IMG/VR virus record: IMGVR_UViG_2974538492_000001
Location: 64,001-128,000 of that record
DNA length: 64,000 nucleotides
Direction: 5' to 3' (one strand)
DNA from: a virus
Lineage: Duplodnaviria; Heunggongvirae; Uroviricota; Caudoviricetes
The notes beneath the pieces were generated by a model. It made no database searches. It worked only from the letters and a program-made list of their open reading frames with translations, and was not told the origin of the DNA. A program made the translations under genes and the position numbers. Positions 29,233 to 37,693 of this stretch are shown here, in pieces; the first letter of the stretch is position 1; each line of letters starts with the position of its first letter.

Positions 29233-29262
29233 ATGAAACACATTAAAAAAATATGGTATAAT
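29233..29262 (+). promoter_or_regulatory. Promoter ATGAAA-18-TATAAT with extended -10 TGG
   Basis: TGGTATAAT at 29254-62; same architecture as at 37664, 43858, 59925 and 62815. Confidence 0.65.
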
Positions 29263-29267
29263 AAGTA

Positions 29268-29735
29268 TGAAGAACCTAAAAATGGTTCTTTATACAATTC
29301 TGATTGATCCGTAATACGGAATAGTTTAATCCTGATCCTATCGAAAAGTAGATGGCAGATGAGTAGTTCAATCAGTACGAGTGCAGAAGAAACCCGTTAG
29401 GAGATGGCATAGTTAGTACCACCCACGGCAATGCGGCACTATAAATACGCCCTTGATATGAGCGTACTAGATAGACATATGAGATGCATACTCACCTATT
29501 AAAAGGGAGATATTCTAAGGAATATCAATAGTATTTGTTGCTGAATTAGCAAGTACTATATGCGAAGGAATGAGAAATCTTCGACCGTTGTATGCGACTG
29601 TAGTAACTGGAAACCGGACAACCCGCCAGTGTTTACTACAAATTTTAGACAATAAAGATCCGTCCAAAATTTGAGTGAAATCTACAAATTCAGAGGTAAG
29701 ACTACCACCGTCAGATATTATTCTGACTTTTTTTT
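29268..29735 (+). ncRNA. Candidate large structured non-coding RNA (~470 nt)
   Basis: No credible ORF; higher GC; bounded by a promoter and a terminator; at least eight local hairpins, e.g. GATATTC/GAATATC, TGTAGTAA-CTGG/CCAG-TTTACTACA, TACGC/GCGTA, AAATTTT-AGAC/GTC-AAAATTT. Confidence 0.55.
29710..29735 (+). terminator. Rho-independent terminator
   Basis: GTCAGA-TATTAT-TCTGAC plus 8 Ts. Confidence 0.75.
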
Positions 29736-29889
29736 CGTTCCCCTTTTGTGGGGGGATGCAAATGGATCAACAAACCCCGTCAGTATTACTAACTAAAAAG
29801 TACTTAAATATAATAATAACTGAATGGAAATTGTTCGAGTTCTTTAGAACGAGAAGAATTGAACATTCTTGACTAACGGAGTTAGGCAA

Positions 29890-30264
29890 ATGGAATTATC
29901 AGAAAATAAGTATTTTGAAAATGTAATGAGTAAGTACTTTTTAATTTTAATTGAGCAAGACCTGTATCAGTACAGGGGAAATACAATATTCATAGATAAA
30001 TCATCTAATGATGATAGAACTCTTGGCATTTATAATGCCATGTGTGATATGGCATATATTGGTGAAAATATTGTATGTGTTAATTTTGATAAAGAATTTC
30101 CAATTAAACACTTGGATAAATTGCACTTTTTTATTGGAAAAAATGCATATTACTTAAATCCAGTACCATGTGATTTTTTGTTTATTTTTGACTCAGTAAA
30201 AAATCATGAAGAATTAAATAAAATCATTAATTTTTACAATCCTAAATTTATATTTTATTGCTAG
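29890..30264 (+). CDS. Hypothetical protein
   Basis: ATG 29890 after GGAG/AGG. Confidence 0.6.
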   Translation: MELSENKYFENVMSKYFLILIEQDLYQYRGNTIFIDKSSNDDRTLGIYNAMCDMAYIGENIVCVNFDKEFPIKHLDKLHFFIGKNAYYLNPVPCDFLFIFDSVKNHEELNKIINFYNPKFIFYC

Positions 30265-30302
30265 TAAATAACAATATCAATAATTAAAAAGGATGATAAA
30301 TT

Positions 30303-30746
30303 ATGAGTGAACATTTTGATCCTAATGACATACGTAGTATGATGGATTATGTAGAAACTACTGGTGAAGATACTCACGAAGATGTATTAATTAAATTCGT
30401 AGAAAATAGTCTATTTTTGGAATCACAAGCACACCATTGGCATCTACAATGTAAATATTATTCAAAACATATGGAATTGGATGAATTTTATAAAGACCTT
30501 CCAGAATTTGTAGATTCATTTATAGAAGGTATGATGGCAGAACGAGGTCCAATATTCAGTACTGGCACTTCTTATGTTTTTCAACCCCTTGAAGCAGCAA
30601 TTCCAATTTTAGAAGAATATGTACAACATTGTAATAAAATACATGAAATATTAGATTCACTAAATGAAATTGGTTCAGTGAATACACTTGAGGATATTAT
30701 TAGTTTTATTAATAGTATACTTTATAAATTAAAAGTACTACAATAA
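30303..30746 (+). CDS. Ferritin/Dps-like four-helix protein
   Basis: QAHHWHLQ...KHMELDEFY...VDSFIE, resembling the Dps ferroxidase helices. Confidence 0.65.
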   Translation: MSEHFDPNDIRSMMDYVETTGEDTHEDVLIKFVENSLFLESQAHHWHLQCKYYSKHMELDEFYKDLPEFVDSFIEGMMAERGPIFSTGTSYVFQPLEAAIPILEEYVQHCNKIHEILDSLNEIGSVNTLEDIISFINSILYKLKVLQ

Positions 30747-30751
30747 TCAAT

Positions 30752-30791
30752 AAGGACACATTTTTGTGTCCTTTCTTTTTATTGGTATAAT
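30752..30791 (+). terminator. Terminator immediately followed by an extended -10 (TGGTATAAT)
   Basis: AAGGACAC-ATTTTT-GTGTCCTT plus Ts, then TGGTATAAT at 30783-91. Confidence 0.7.
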
Positions 30792-30813
30792 GATAACGAC
30801 ATAGAGGAAGAAC

Positions 30814-31218
30814 ATGAATAAATTATATGAATTTTGTTTAGATTGTGGTAGAATGGGTGACTTAACCGGATTGTTTATAGCAACTGAAGATGAACTAAGA
30901 GCACTACAAGGTATGACTATATATTTTGGAGAAGCTCTTGGTAAGCATTCTGAAGTATCGATTGATGATTTTAAATTTGAAGATCATTGCACTGTAAAAT
31001 CAGATGATTCGGAAAAAATTGATTGGTTGATTGGTTTGTTGGGATATACATTATCTGGTTATAACCCATTAGACTATTTTTATATTGAAGAACAAGATGA
31101 ATACAACGAAGGAAAAAATTCCGAAGAAGGTGAAGAAAATCCATATGATGCAACCGAAGAACAAGGAGCACATATTCGTTGGAAATTAGGTTCAGAAGAT
31201 AAAAAAAATGAAGATTAA
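30814..31218 (+). CDS. Hypothetical acidic protein
   Basis: RBS GAGG; DCGRMGDLTGLF motif. Confidence 0.65.
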   Translation: MNKLYEFCLDCGRMGDLTGLFIATEDELRALQGMTIYFGEALGKHSEVSIDDFKFEDHCTVKSDDSEKIDWLIGLLGYTLSGYNPLDYFYIEEQDEYNEGKNSEEGEENPYDATEEQGAHIRWKLGSEDKKNED

Positions 31219-31696
31219 AGATGGATATTTCTTTTTTTGGGGAAATGAAGATTACATGTCAAATTGGCATAAAGCTTCATTTGAGCTAAATGGAATCACT
31301 TTCAACTGTACTGAACAGTACATGATGTATGCTAAAGCAATTGTATTTGATGATATAATTATTGCAAATAAAGTACTTGAAACTAATTCACAATCTAAAC
31401 AAAAAGCATTGGGGAGACAAGTTAGTAACTACGATGATGAAATTTGGAATGAGATTAGATTCGAAATTGTGTATGATGCATGTTTGGCTAAATTTTCACA
31501 GAATGAAAAACTCAAAGAACAACTTCTAAGTACTGGTAATCTACATTTAGTAGAAGCATCACCATACGATAAGATTTGGGGTATTGGTATGAAAGATGAT
31601 CATCCTGATGCAACTAATCCTGAAAAATGGGATGGTTTAAATTTACTTGGGGAAGTACTAATGGTAGTACGTGAACATTTAAGAAAAGAACAATAA
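31208..31696 (+). CDS. NADAR (YbiA-like) ADP-ribosylhydrolase family protein
   Basis: FFFWG...SNWH, CTEQYMMYAKA, KALGRQV, VEASPYDKIWGIG, GLNLLGEVLMVVR. Confidence 0.92.
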   Translation: MKIKDGYFFFWGNEDYMSNWHKASFELNGITFNCTEQYMMYAKAIVFDDIIIANKVLETNSQSKQKALGRQVSNYDDEIWNEIRFEIVYDACLAKFSQNEKLKEQLLSTGNLHLVEASPYDKIWGIGMKDDHPDATNPEKWDGLNLLGEVLMVVREHLRKEQ

Positions 31697-31702
31697 TTTT
31701 TG

Positions 31703-31758
31703 TATTTTGTCTTTAAAAATATAAATATAATTATATTTATGTTATTGGAGACAAAATA
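31703..31758 (+). promoter_or_regulatory. Late promoter TATAAATA (31720-27) between an anti-SD arm and the RBS
   Basis: TATTTTGTCTTTAA (31703-16) pairs with TTGGAGACAAAATA (31745-58), 14 bp including two G-U. Confidence 0.7.
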
Positions 31759-32795
31759 TGATTAAAATTGGTGATAAATTTAATACAAATAAGTGTGGTA
31801 TAGTTGAAGTTATTGATTATAAAGATCATAAAAATATCACTGTTAAATTCTTAGATACTGGACACATTGATACTTATAGTTCTCAGACAATAAAAAAAGG
31901 CGTTGCTTATGATAATTCACTATATGAAATCAATAAACTTGTTATTGGTAATGTTTATGAATCTAAATCTAGTGGACATTACAAAATTATTTCTATAGAT
32001 GAATGGATTAATGTTAAATTTTTAAGTACTGGTAATATTAAAAAATATGACAAAAAATCTATTAAATCTATATTGTTTGGAAATATAAAAGATAATATTA
32101 ATTATGTTGGTAAAATATTTAAAACCAACAATTGTGGAAATGTTGAAATAACTTCATATATATCATCATCAGAAGTATATGTAAAATTTATCAATACTGG
32201 AACGATAGTAAAATGCACTTTGCAAAATTTGAAAAACGGTCAAGTTAGAGATAACACTTCTGACATTAAACCTAATCAAATATTTGAAACTACTTGTTGT
32301 GGATTTATTAAAATACTAAATTATTATAATTACAATGACGTTATTGTTGAATTTATTAATACTGGAACTATAAAAAGAACCGATGTAAAATCGATAAGAA
32401 ACGGTAATATTTTTGATGTAAATTCTGGTTTATCGAGTCATGGCTATAGAAGTGAACAAGTTGGTTATTTGTATATTCATAAAATAAATGATATGTGGTA
32501 TAAGGTTGGTATAACCAATAATTATGAACAACGTTTTAATACCCAGCATTGTAATATTTTAAAACCAATATCTTATAAATGTTTTTCAAGTTCTGGTGAA
32601 GAAATTAGAAATATCGAAACTCGTATTTTAAATTCTATTAAACTAGTTTATGAAGATGATATAATGGAAGTTGAAAAATATTTTAATTTGGGTAAAACTG
32701 AGGTATTTTATTCTTCTGATCTTGATATGGTACTTTCAATAATACAAGAATACAATTTAACAGAACATATTGTAAAAGAAGGAAAGATTATATAA
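31758..32795 (+). CDS. Putative homing endonuclease: repeated N-terminal modules plus GIY-YIG (T5orf172-like) domain
   Basis: Four F.T..CG.....Y......VKF..TG repeats; C-terminal GYLYI...YKVGITNN...E....TEVF. Confidence 0.65.
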   Translation: MIKIGDKFNTNKCGIVEVIDYKDHKNITVKFLDTGHIDTYSSQTIKKGVAYDNSLYEINKLVIGNVYESKSSGHYKIISIDEWINVKFLSTGNIKKYDKKSIKSILFGNIKDNINYVGKIFKTNNCGNVEITSYISSSEVYVKFINTGTIVKCTLQNLKNGQVRDNTSDIKPNQIFETTCCGFIKILNYYNYNDVIVEFINTGTIKRTDVKSIRNGNIFDVNSGLSSHGYRSEQVGYLYIHKINDMWYKVGITNNYEQRFNTQHCNILKPISYKCFSSSGEEIRNIETRILNSIKLVYEDDIMEVEKYFNLGKTEVFYSSDLDMVLSIIQEYNLTEHIVKEGKII

Positions 32796-33367
32796 TGGGA
32801 AATGGACTTTATTATTATTATGGAAGTATGTCGTCAGGTAAAAGTACTTCACTACTTCAAACTGCATTTAATTACAAAGAAAAAGGATATGAAGTACTTA
32901 TATATACATCAGCTCTTGATGATCGTTATGGGGTTGGTAAAGTAACTTCACGAATTGGAATAGATGCTGATGCAATTATAATTCCTAAAGATAATATTAC
33001 AGTACTCAATGATGCTAAAATTTCAATGATATCCAATCAAATAAAAGCAATATTTGTGGATGAATGTCAATTTTTGAGTGCTGAACAAGTTGATATTTTA
33101 GGTTCAATAGTTGATGAATATGATATTTCTGTATTTTGTTATGGAATTAGAACTGATTTTGAATCTAATTTGTTTAGTGGTTCAAAGCGACTATTTGAAA
33201 TTTCTGATAAAATTGAAGAACTACGAAACATATGCCAATGTGGTAAAAAAGCTATAATGAATGCACGATTAGTTGATAGTACTGAACAGGTATTAATTGG
33301 TGGCAATGATGTCTATCAGAGTATGTGTAGAAAATGTTACCGTAATTATTTGAATAAAAAAGCTTGA
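32795..33367 (+). CDS. tdk: Thymidine kinase
   Basis: YGSMSSGKST, SRIG, VDECQF, YGIRTDF, YQSMCRKCY. Confidence 0.96.
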   Translation: MGNGLYYYYGSMSSGKSTSLLQTAFNYKEKGYEVLIYTSALDDRYGVGKVTSRIGIDADAIIIPKDNITVLNDAKISMISNQIKAIFVDECQFLSAEQVDILGSIVDEYDISVFCYGIRTDFESNLFSGSKRLFEISDKIEELRNICQCGKKAIMNARLVDSTEQVLIGGNDVYQSMCRKCYRNYLNKKA

Positions 33368-33392
33368 CACTGAAAAGATAATACAGTAGAAT
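33364..33392 (+). promoter_or_regulatory. sigma70 promoter TTGACA-17-TAGAAT
   Basis: Exact 17-bp spacing. Confidence 0.7.
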
Positions 33393-33418
33393 GTGAACAT
33401 TGAATTTAAGGGGTTTTT

Positions 33419-33922
33419 ATGAAAATTGCATTATTTGTAGCCATGATTATATCTGCTATTTGGTTCTTATATTATTCAGCACGTGCTGGATGGTATGGTG
33501 TTCACATTAAACGCAGGTTATCTTATGGAATTGACAAAGATGAATCTGAAAAATTAATGAGAATTATCACACGTTATCGTATTGGTGAATTTAATGTTAA
33601 AAAAAAGTATTATGGTGGATTGAATTTATTATTTACAAAACCTGCTAATTCAGTAGTTCGATATAATGAGAGTATGTATTATGTTAATATTGAAAATGCA
33701 TTATCTCGTTCATTTGGTTGGATTTCTACTGAACCTCATATAACTTCATTGTATGGTGATCCTGATGACGAAATTGACAAAAGTAAAAATGGCATTTCTA
33801 ATGAAGCATTTGATGAATTGATTAAATTACTTGAAGAATTATCCCCTGATACGACAAAATTAGAAACAAAAAAAACACGTAGTTTTAATAAGTCTAAAAA
33901 TGAGGAAGTTCATTTATCATGA
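33419..33922 (+). CDS. Hypothetical membrane-anchored protein
   Basis: N-terminal hydrophobic helix. Confidence 0.65.
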   Translation: MKIALFVAMIISAIWFLYYSARAGWYGVHIKRRLSYGIDKDESEKLMRIITRYRIGEFNVKKKYYGGLNLLFTKPANSVVRYNESMYYVNIENALSRSFGWISTEPHITSLYGDPDDEIDKSKNGISNEAFDELIKLLEELSPDTTKLETKKTRSFNKSKNEEVHLS

Positions 33923-34506
33923 TTATAGATGCAGGTATTATAATTGGTTTAATTGCAACTGGTGTTGTTATTGCAACAATTCCAATGGTTATACTTAGTC
34001 AGATACGTATGGCTAAAAATGGTATTAAATTACCGGAACTAGCAAAACAGCAAGCTTTATTAGCTGATATTCGTAAACCCTCCAATGAAGTAGGGCTGGT
34101 AACTGAAGATATTGAAATTACTTTTATGACTGAAGATGAGCATTTAACTCATCTTAAAGTTGCATACCCTAATGCATGGAAAGACTATGAATCACGGCAT
34201 ATAAGTAGAGCAATTAATTCTCGTGGAGATCGTTATATTTCTAGACTATTACTTGCATATGAACGTGGAGAGGTTAAAGCAGAAATAAAAACTGAACACA
34301 CTATTGATTTTGCTAATGGTGATTCAATTTGGATTTCAAACAAATATTATGGTTATGGACGTCTGTATCGTTCAGTACATGCACCTCATTGTATATTTGA
34401 TTCGGATTTCACTGTAACTCCTTATACTTTCATGCGTATTGTAGATTTAGAAGAACGTCTATCTGATCCAATACTAAATTTAACTCCTATTAAGGTTGAA
34501 CATTAA
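33919..34506 (+). CDS. Hypothetical membrane-anchored protein
   Basis: N-terminal hydrophobic helix. Confidence 0.65.
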   Translation: MIIDAGIIIGLIATGVVIATIPMVILSQIRMAKNGIKLPELAKQQALLADIRKPSNEVGLVTEDIEITFMTEDEHLTHLKVAYPNAWKDYESRHISRAINSRGDRYISRLLLAYERGEVKAEIKTEHTIDFANGDSIWISNKYYGYGRLYRSVHAPHCIFDSDFTVTPYTFMRIVDLEERLSDPILNLTPIKVEH

Positions 34507-34508
34507 TT

Positions 34509-35039
34509 ATGTCATTAAAACAAGAATTTGAAAAAATTTACCAAGATTGTGAAACAATTGAAGAATGGTACAAACGTAGTACACCACTTCTGATTGAAGC
34601 ACAAAGTACTTTATCTGAAATTCAACTAGATGAACTATCTATGTGGTTCAACGTTATGTATCAACGTTTATCATTAAAACAACCAGTACAACACGAATTT
34701 TATAAAGAAGCTGGCTCTGTAAAGACTTTTTATTGTACTATTCATATGGCTGGTGATTATTCGGTAGCAGTTCAACATGCATCTGAATTTACTTTTGATC
34801 ATGGTGCATGTTTCCAAATTGCATCGTGTGATTATGTTTATACTGGTGGAAAAGAATCTGGAATTACTGCTCGTGTATTATGTTATCCACGTTTTCCTAA
34901 AACAGATAAAGAATTATTAGATGAAGCGAAATTGTTTGCTTTTGGATTAGCTAAAAAACTTTGTCAAAAAAGCTTTACAATCGAAACCAGTACTGATACA
35001 ATTTACTTTCAAAGTAATAAACAATTACATGGGAAATAA
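34509..35039 (+). CDS. Hypothetical protein
   Basis: 176-aa ORF. Confidence 0.65.
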   Translation: MSLKQEFEKIYQDCETIEEWYKRSTPLLIEAQSTLSEIQLDELSMWFNVMYQRLSLKQPVQHEFYKEAGSVKTFYCTIHMAGDYSVAVQHASEFTFDHGACFQIASCDYVYTGGKESGITARVLCYPRFPKTDKELLDEAKLFAFGLAKKLCQKSFTIETSTDTIYFQSNKQLHGK

Positions 35040-35040
35040 A

Positions 35041-35175
35041 ATGAAATCTATTTTTATAGTACTAGCGGGTACAGCACTATGTGGTATTGGTGCATATGGG
35101 TTTGCAAATAATGTGGATTTATGGGGTGTATGGGTCTTTGTTGGTGGATTGCTAATTTTTACACAGGTAGATTAA
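35041..35175 (+). CDS. Small two-helix membrane peptide (44 aa; not in the ORF track)
   Basis: MKSIFIVLAGTALCGIGAYGFANNVDLWGVWVFVGGLLIFTQVD fills the gap between its neighbours. Confidence 0.55.
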   Translation: MKSIFIVLAGTALCGIGAYGFANNVDLWGVWVFVGGLLIFTQVD

Positions 35176-35176
35176 T

Positions 35177-35572
35177 ATGAAACGTAAAATTATAAAACTA
35201 AATAAATCTAAAATGACTTTTTGGGTTAAAAATATATTTTGGTATAAAGTAGTTCATCAAAATCGGATTTTTACTCAACAATCAAAATTACGACACAAAT
35301 ATGTTGAAGTACTTGATTATGACAATGCATTCCGTATGTTTGAAGGCTGTAATGTTATTTTCGTTCCTATTATTGTTAGCTCTAAAGTCAAGCGTTCACG
35401 AGTTAAAAATAAAGTTAATGCTTATCTTCATGTAAACAATATTACAAAATTTAATGAAATGTCAGGATTAAATAAATCCATTGATGACATTAATGTAGGT
35501 GAATTAGATAAAACTACCGGATTAAATCAATCCATTGATGACATTAATGTAGGTAAAAATGAGTCGCTATGA
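35177..35572 (+). CDS. Hypothetical protein with a C-terminal in-frame duplication
   Basis: GLN(K/Q)SIDDINVG occurs twice. Confidence 0.5.
   Translation: MKRKIIKLNKSKMTFWVKNIFWYKVVHQNRIFTQQSKLRHKYVEVLDYDNAFRMFEGCNVIFVPIIVSSKVKRSRVKNKVNAYLHVNNITKFNEMSGLNKSIDDINVGELDKTTGLNQSIDDINVGKNESL
35465..35554 (+). repeat. 36-bp direct repeat, two copies, period 54 bp
   Basis: GGATTAAAT(A/C)AATCCATTGATGACATTAATGTAGGT at 35465 and 35519. Confidence 0.9.
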
Positions 35573-35882
35573 TGGTGAAATAAAGGCATGTCCATTCTGT
35601 GGACATGCCCCTTATAGAAGTAACTTGATTGATAGTTTACATCCTACTACTTTAAGTTGGATTAAATCACCATTTCTTGATATTAAAAATTTTGGTGAAG
35701 ACCAAAACTATACATATTCAATTATTTCTCCACTTCAATTTTTAACTGAAGAACAAATAACTGAACAGGGAAAATATTGGGAATTTAGTTGTCTTGAATC
35801 CGAGGGAGGTTGTGGTGTTGTTATGTGTGGCTTATCAGAATTAGATGTAATGAACAAGTGGAATAACAGAGTAGATAATTAA
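35559..35882 (+). CDS. Lar-like (restriction alleviation) zinc-finger protein
   Basis: ACPFCG...C....GCG...V..KWNNRV. Confidence 0.55.
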   Translation: MSRYDGEIKACPFCGHAPYRSNLIDSLHPTTLSWIKSPFLDIKNFGEDQNYTYSIISPLQFLTEEQITEQGKYWEFSCLESEGGCGVVMCGLSELDVMNKWNNRVDN

Positions 35883-35883
35883 T

Positions 35884-36087
35884 ATGAAACGAAAGTTGAT
35901 TTATAAAAATAAAAATAAAATATCATCCAAATTAAAATCTTCTAAAAAAGAAATTGTTATAATTTTTGATATAAATCGCATGAATGATGCTTTAACTTCA
36001 GATGTAATTCATATGAATAAAGAATTGTCACGTGATGAAAAGCGTAAATTTATAATTTCACATGGTAGTGATGAATTATCAACTTGA
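35884..36087 (+). CDS. Small basic hypothetical protein
   Basis: 67-aa ORF. Confidence 0.5.
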   Translation: MKRKLIYKNKNKISSKLKSSKKEIVIIFDINRMNDALTSDVIHMNKELSRDEKRKFIISHGSDELST

Positions 36088-36112
36088 CATGTGAAAATTT
36101 ATATTATATAAT
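36084..36112 (+). promoter_or_regulatory. Consensus sigma70 promoter TTGACA-17-TATAAT
   Basis: Directly upstream of the RNA ligase gene. Confidence 0.75.
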
Positions 36113-36147
36113 TTCTCCCACATTAAATTGACTAAGAGAATAAAACC

Positions 36148-37401
36148 ATGCCAGAATTAATTAAAGATGGACGTAAATTAGTAACTATCCGTAAAATTAA
36201 TGCAATCAACCCGATTCCTGATGCTGATGTAATTGAGGTTGCAGCAGTTGATGGATGGAACGTTGTTGTTAAAAAAGGCGAATTCAATGTTGGTGATTAT
36301 TGTATTTTTTTCGAAATTGATTCATTTTTACCAGCAAGTGATACCCGTTTTGGATTTTTAGCTAAAAATGGAACCAAAACAGATGAGTTGGGTGTTGAAC
36401 GTATTCGCTTACGTACCATCAAGCTTCGTAAACAACTGTCACAAGGGTTAGCATTACCGTTAGATTCATTTATTAATGAGTTACAATTGATTGGTAATTT
36501 TGATCTAATTAGCACTGCAAATCAATATAATGCTGTGATGTATTCTCTTTTTGCAGAACTTGAAGAATCACGTGATGGAATTGAGCAGTACTTAAATGTT
36601 ACTAAGTATGAGCGGCCTGATGAGCGGCAAAATGGTGGAGCAAACCGTGTAAAAACTGCGGGTAACTTCCCATTTGTAATTCCAAAAACAGATGAAGACC
36701 GAATTCAAAACGTATTTGGAAAATTCAGTCAGACTATGAAAGGCGTACCGTTCCGTAAATCTCTCAAACTTGACGGTTCAAGCCAAACTATTGCGTACTT
36801 CAATAATCCAGATTTCTTTGTTGAAAAAGTAGATGAAGAAATTTGTGAATGGAATGAAGAAACACAAGAACTAACTGTGGTTGAAGTTAAACCATATCCG
36901 TTCCAATGGGAAAGTTCACAAGTGGTAGTATGTTCTCGTAATCTGGCGTTGAAGTTTGATGAAACCGCAGCATTTTGGAAAGCTGCATTGAAGGATGATA
37001 TTCCAGCACGTCTTAAAAAGTACTGTGAAGATCATGATCGTCAACTTGCCCTTCAGGGTGAATGTATGGGTCAGGGTATTCAAGGAAACCGTGAAGGGTT
37101 AACTGAACACGAATTCTTCTGTTTCCGAATTTGGGATGTAGATGCACAGAACTTTTTGGATGATGCAGAATTCTTTAACGTAACTAAAATTCTTGGAATC
37201 AGTGTTGTTCCTCAAGGTGATATTGTATACTTCTTTGATGTATACAGTACTATTCAGGAAGCACTTGATAGTGCAGAACATGCAAGTATTGTTCATCCAA
37301 TTGCGGAAGGTGATGTATATAAAAGTACTGAAAAAGTTGATGGTCAGACTATCCACTTTAAAGTAATTAATAATAAGTTTCTAATGAAATGTGAGGATTA
37401 A
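36148..37401 (+). CDS. RNA ligase, DRB0094/Rnl2-like family
   Basis: N-terminal IPDAD.IEVA.VDGW.VVVKKGEF..GD.CIFFEIDS; motif I KLDGSS; QGECMG, EGDV, FKVINNKFL. Confidence 0.9.
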   Translation: MPELIKDGRKLVTIRKINAINPIPDADVIEVAAVDGWNVVVKKGEFNVGDYCIFFEIDSFLPASDTRFGFLAKNGTKTDELGVERIRLRTIKLRKQLSQGLALPLDSFINELQLIGNFDLISTANQYNAVMYSLFAELEESRDGIEQYLNVTKYERPDERQNGGANRVKTAGNFPFVIPKTDEDRIQNVFGKFSQTMKGVPFRKSLKLDGSSQTIAYFNNPDFFVEKVDEEICEWNEETQELTVVEVKPYPFQWESSQVVVCSRNLALKFDETAAFWKAALKDDIPARLKKYCEDHDRQLALQGECMGQGIQGNREGLTEHEFFCFRIWDVDAQNFLDDAEFFNVTKILGISVVPQGDIVYFFDVYSTIQEALDSAEHASIVHPIAEGDVYKSTEKVDGQTIHFKVINNKFLMKCED

Positions 37402-37618
37402 TATGCCATCTTGTGCAACAATTATGGATGTATATAGTAGTGGTTATCCAAATTACTTTACTTATGGTATTTGTGTAGACAGTGCGTATTATGAAACAGG
37501 TGATACGTTCACCCTATTAAATAATAACGTTTGGATGAAATGTAGCACAAATATTGATAGTACTAAATTGGAAGAAATGATTATATTAGAACGTAGGATG
37601 TTTTCTATCCAATTTTAA
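37391..37618 (+). CDS. Small hypothetical protein
   Basis: 75-aa ORF. Confidence 0.45.
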   Translation: MRINMPSCATIMDVYSSGYPNYFTYGICVDSAYYETGDTFTLLNNNVWMKCSTNIDSTKLEEMIILERRMFSIQF

Positions 37619-37628
37619 ACATTTGCAC

Positions 37629-37652
37629 AGCAGCTTTTTTAAGCTGCTTTTT
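37629..37652 (+). terminator. Rho-independent terminator
   Basis: AGCAGCTT-TTTT-AAGCTGCT plus Ts. Confidence 0.75.
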
Positions 37653-37663
37653 AAGTAAAAAAC

Positions 37664-37693
37664 TTGAAACGCCGCAAAAAATTGTGGTATAAT
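37664..37693 (+). promoter_or_regulatory. Promoter TTGAAA-18-TATAAT with TGG extension
   Basis: Second promoter class. Confidence 0.7.

Noticed and set aside
29268-29735. RNase P RNA, group I/II intron or hammerhead ribozyme
   Set aside because: Lacks GAGGAAAGTCC and the 3' CR-V of RNase P; AGACTA has no matching TAGTC for P7 and the flanking genes are not split; no group II domain V; CTGATTGA/GAAT does not fit CUGAnGA/GAAA.
29675-29872. 65-aa ORF overlapping the candidate ncRNA 3' end
   Set aside because: It runs through a terminator, has no clear RBS at its GTG start and unusual composition. A 38-aa version from ATG 29756 cannot be excluded.
29268-29890. tmRNA
   Set aside because: No GGGG..5' / TΨC-CCA 3' tRNA-like domain; the GCA-AAT frame near 29757 encodes ANGSTNPVSITN, not an ALAA-type tag.
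35465-35554. CRISPR array (36-bp repeats)
   Set aside because: Only two copies, an 18-bp spacer, in-frame inside an ORF, no palindromic repeat and no cas genes.
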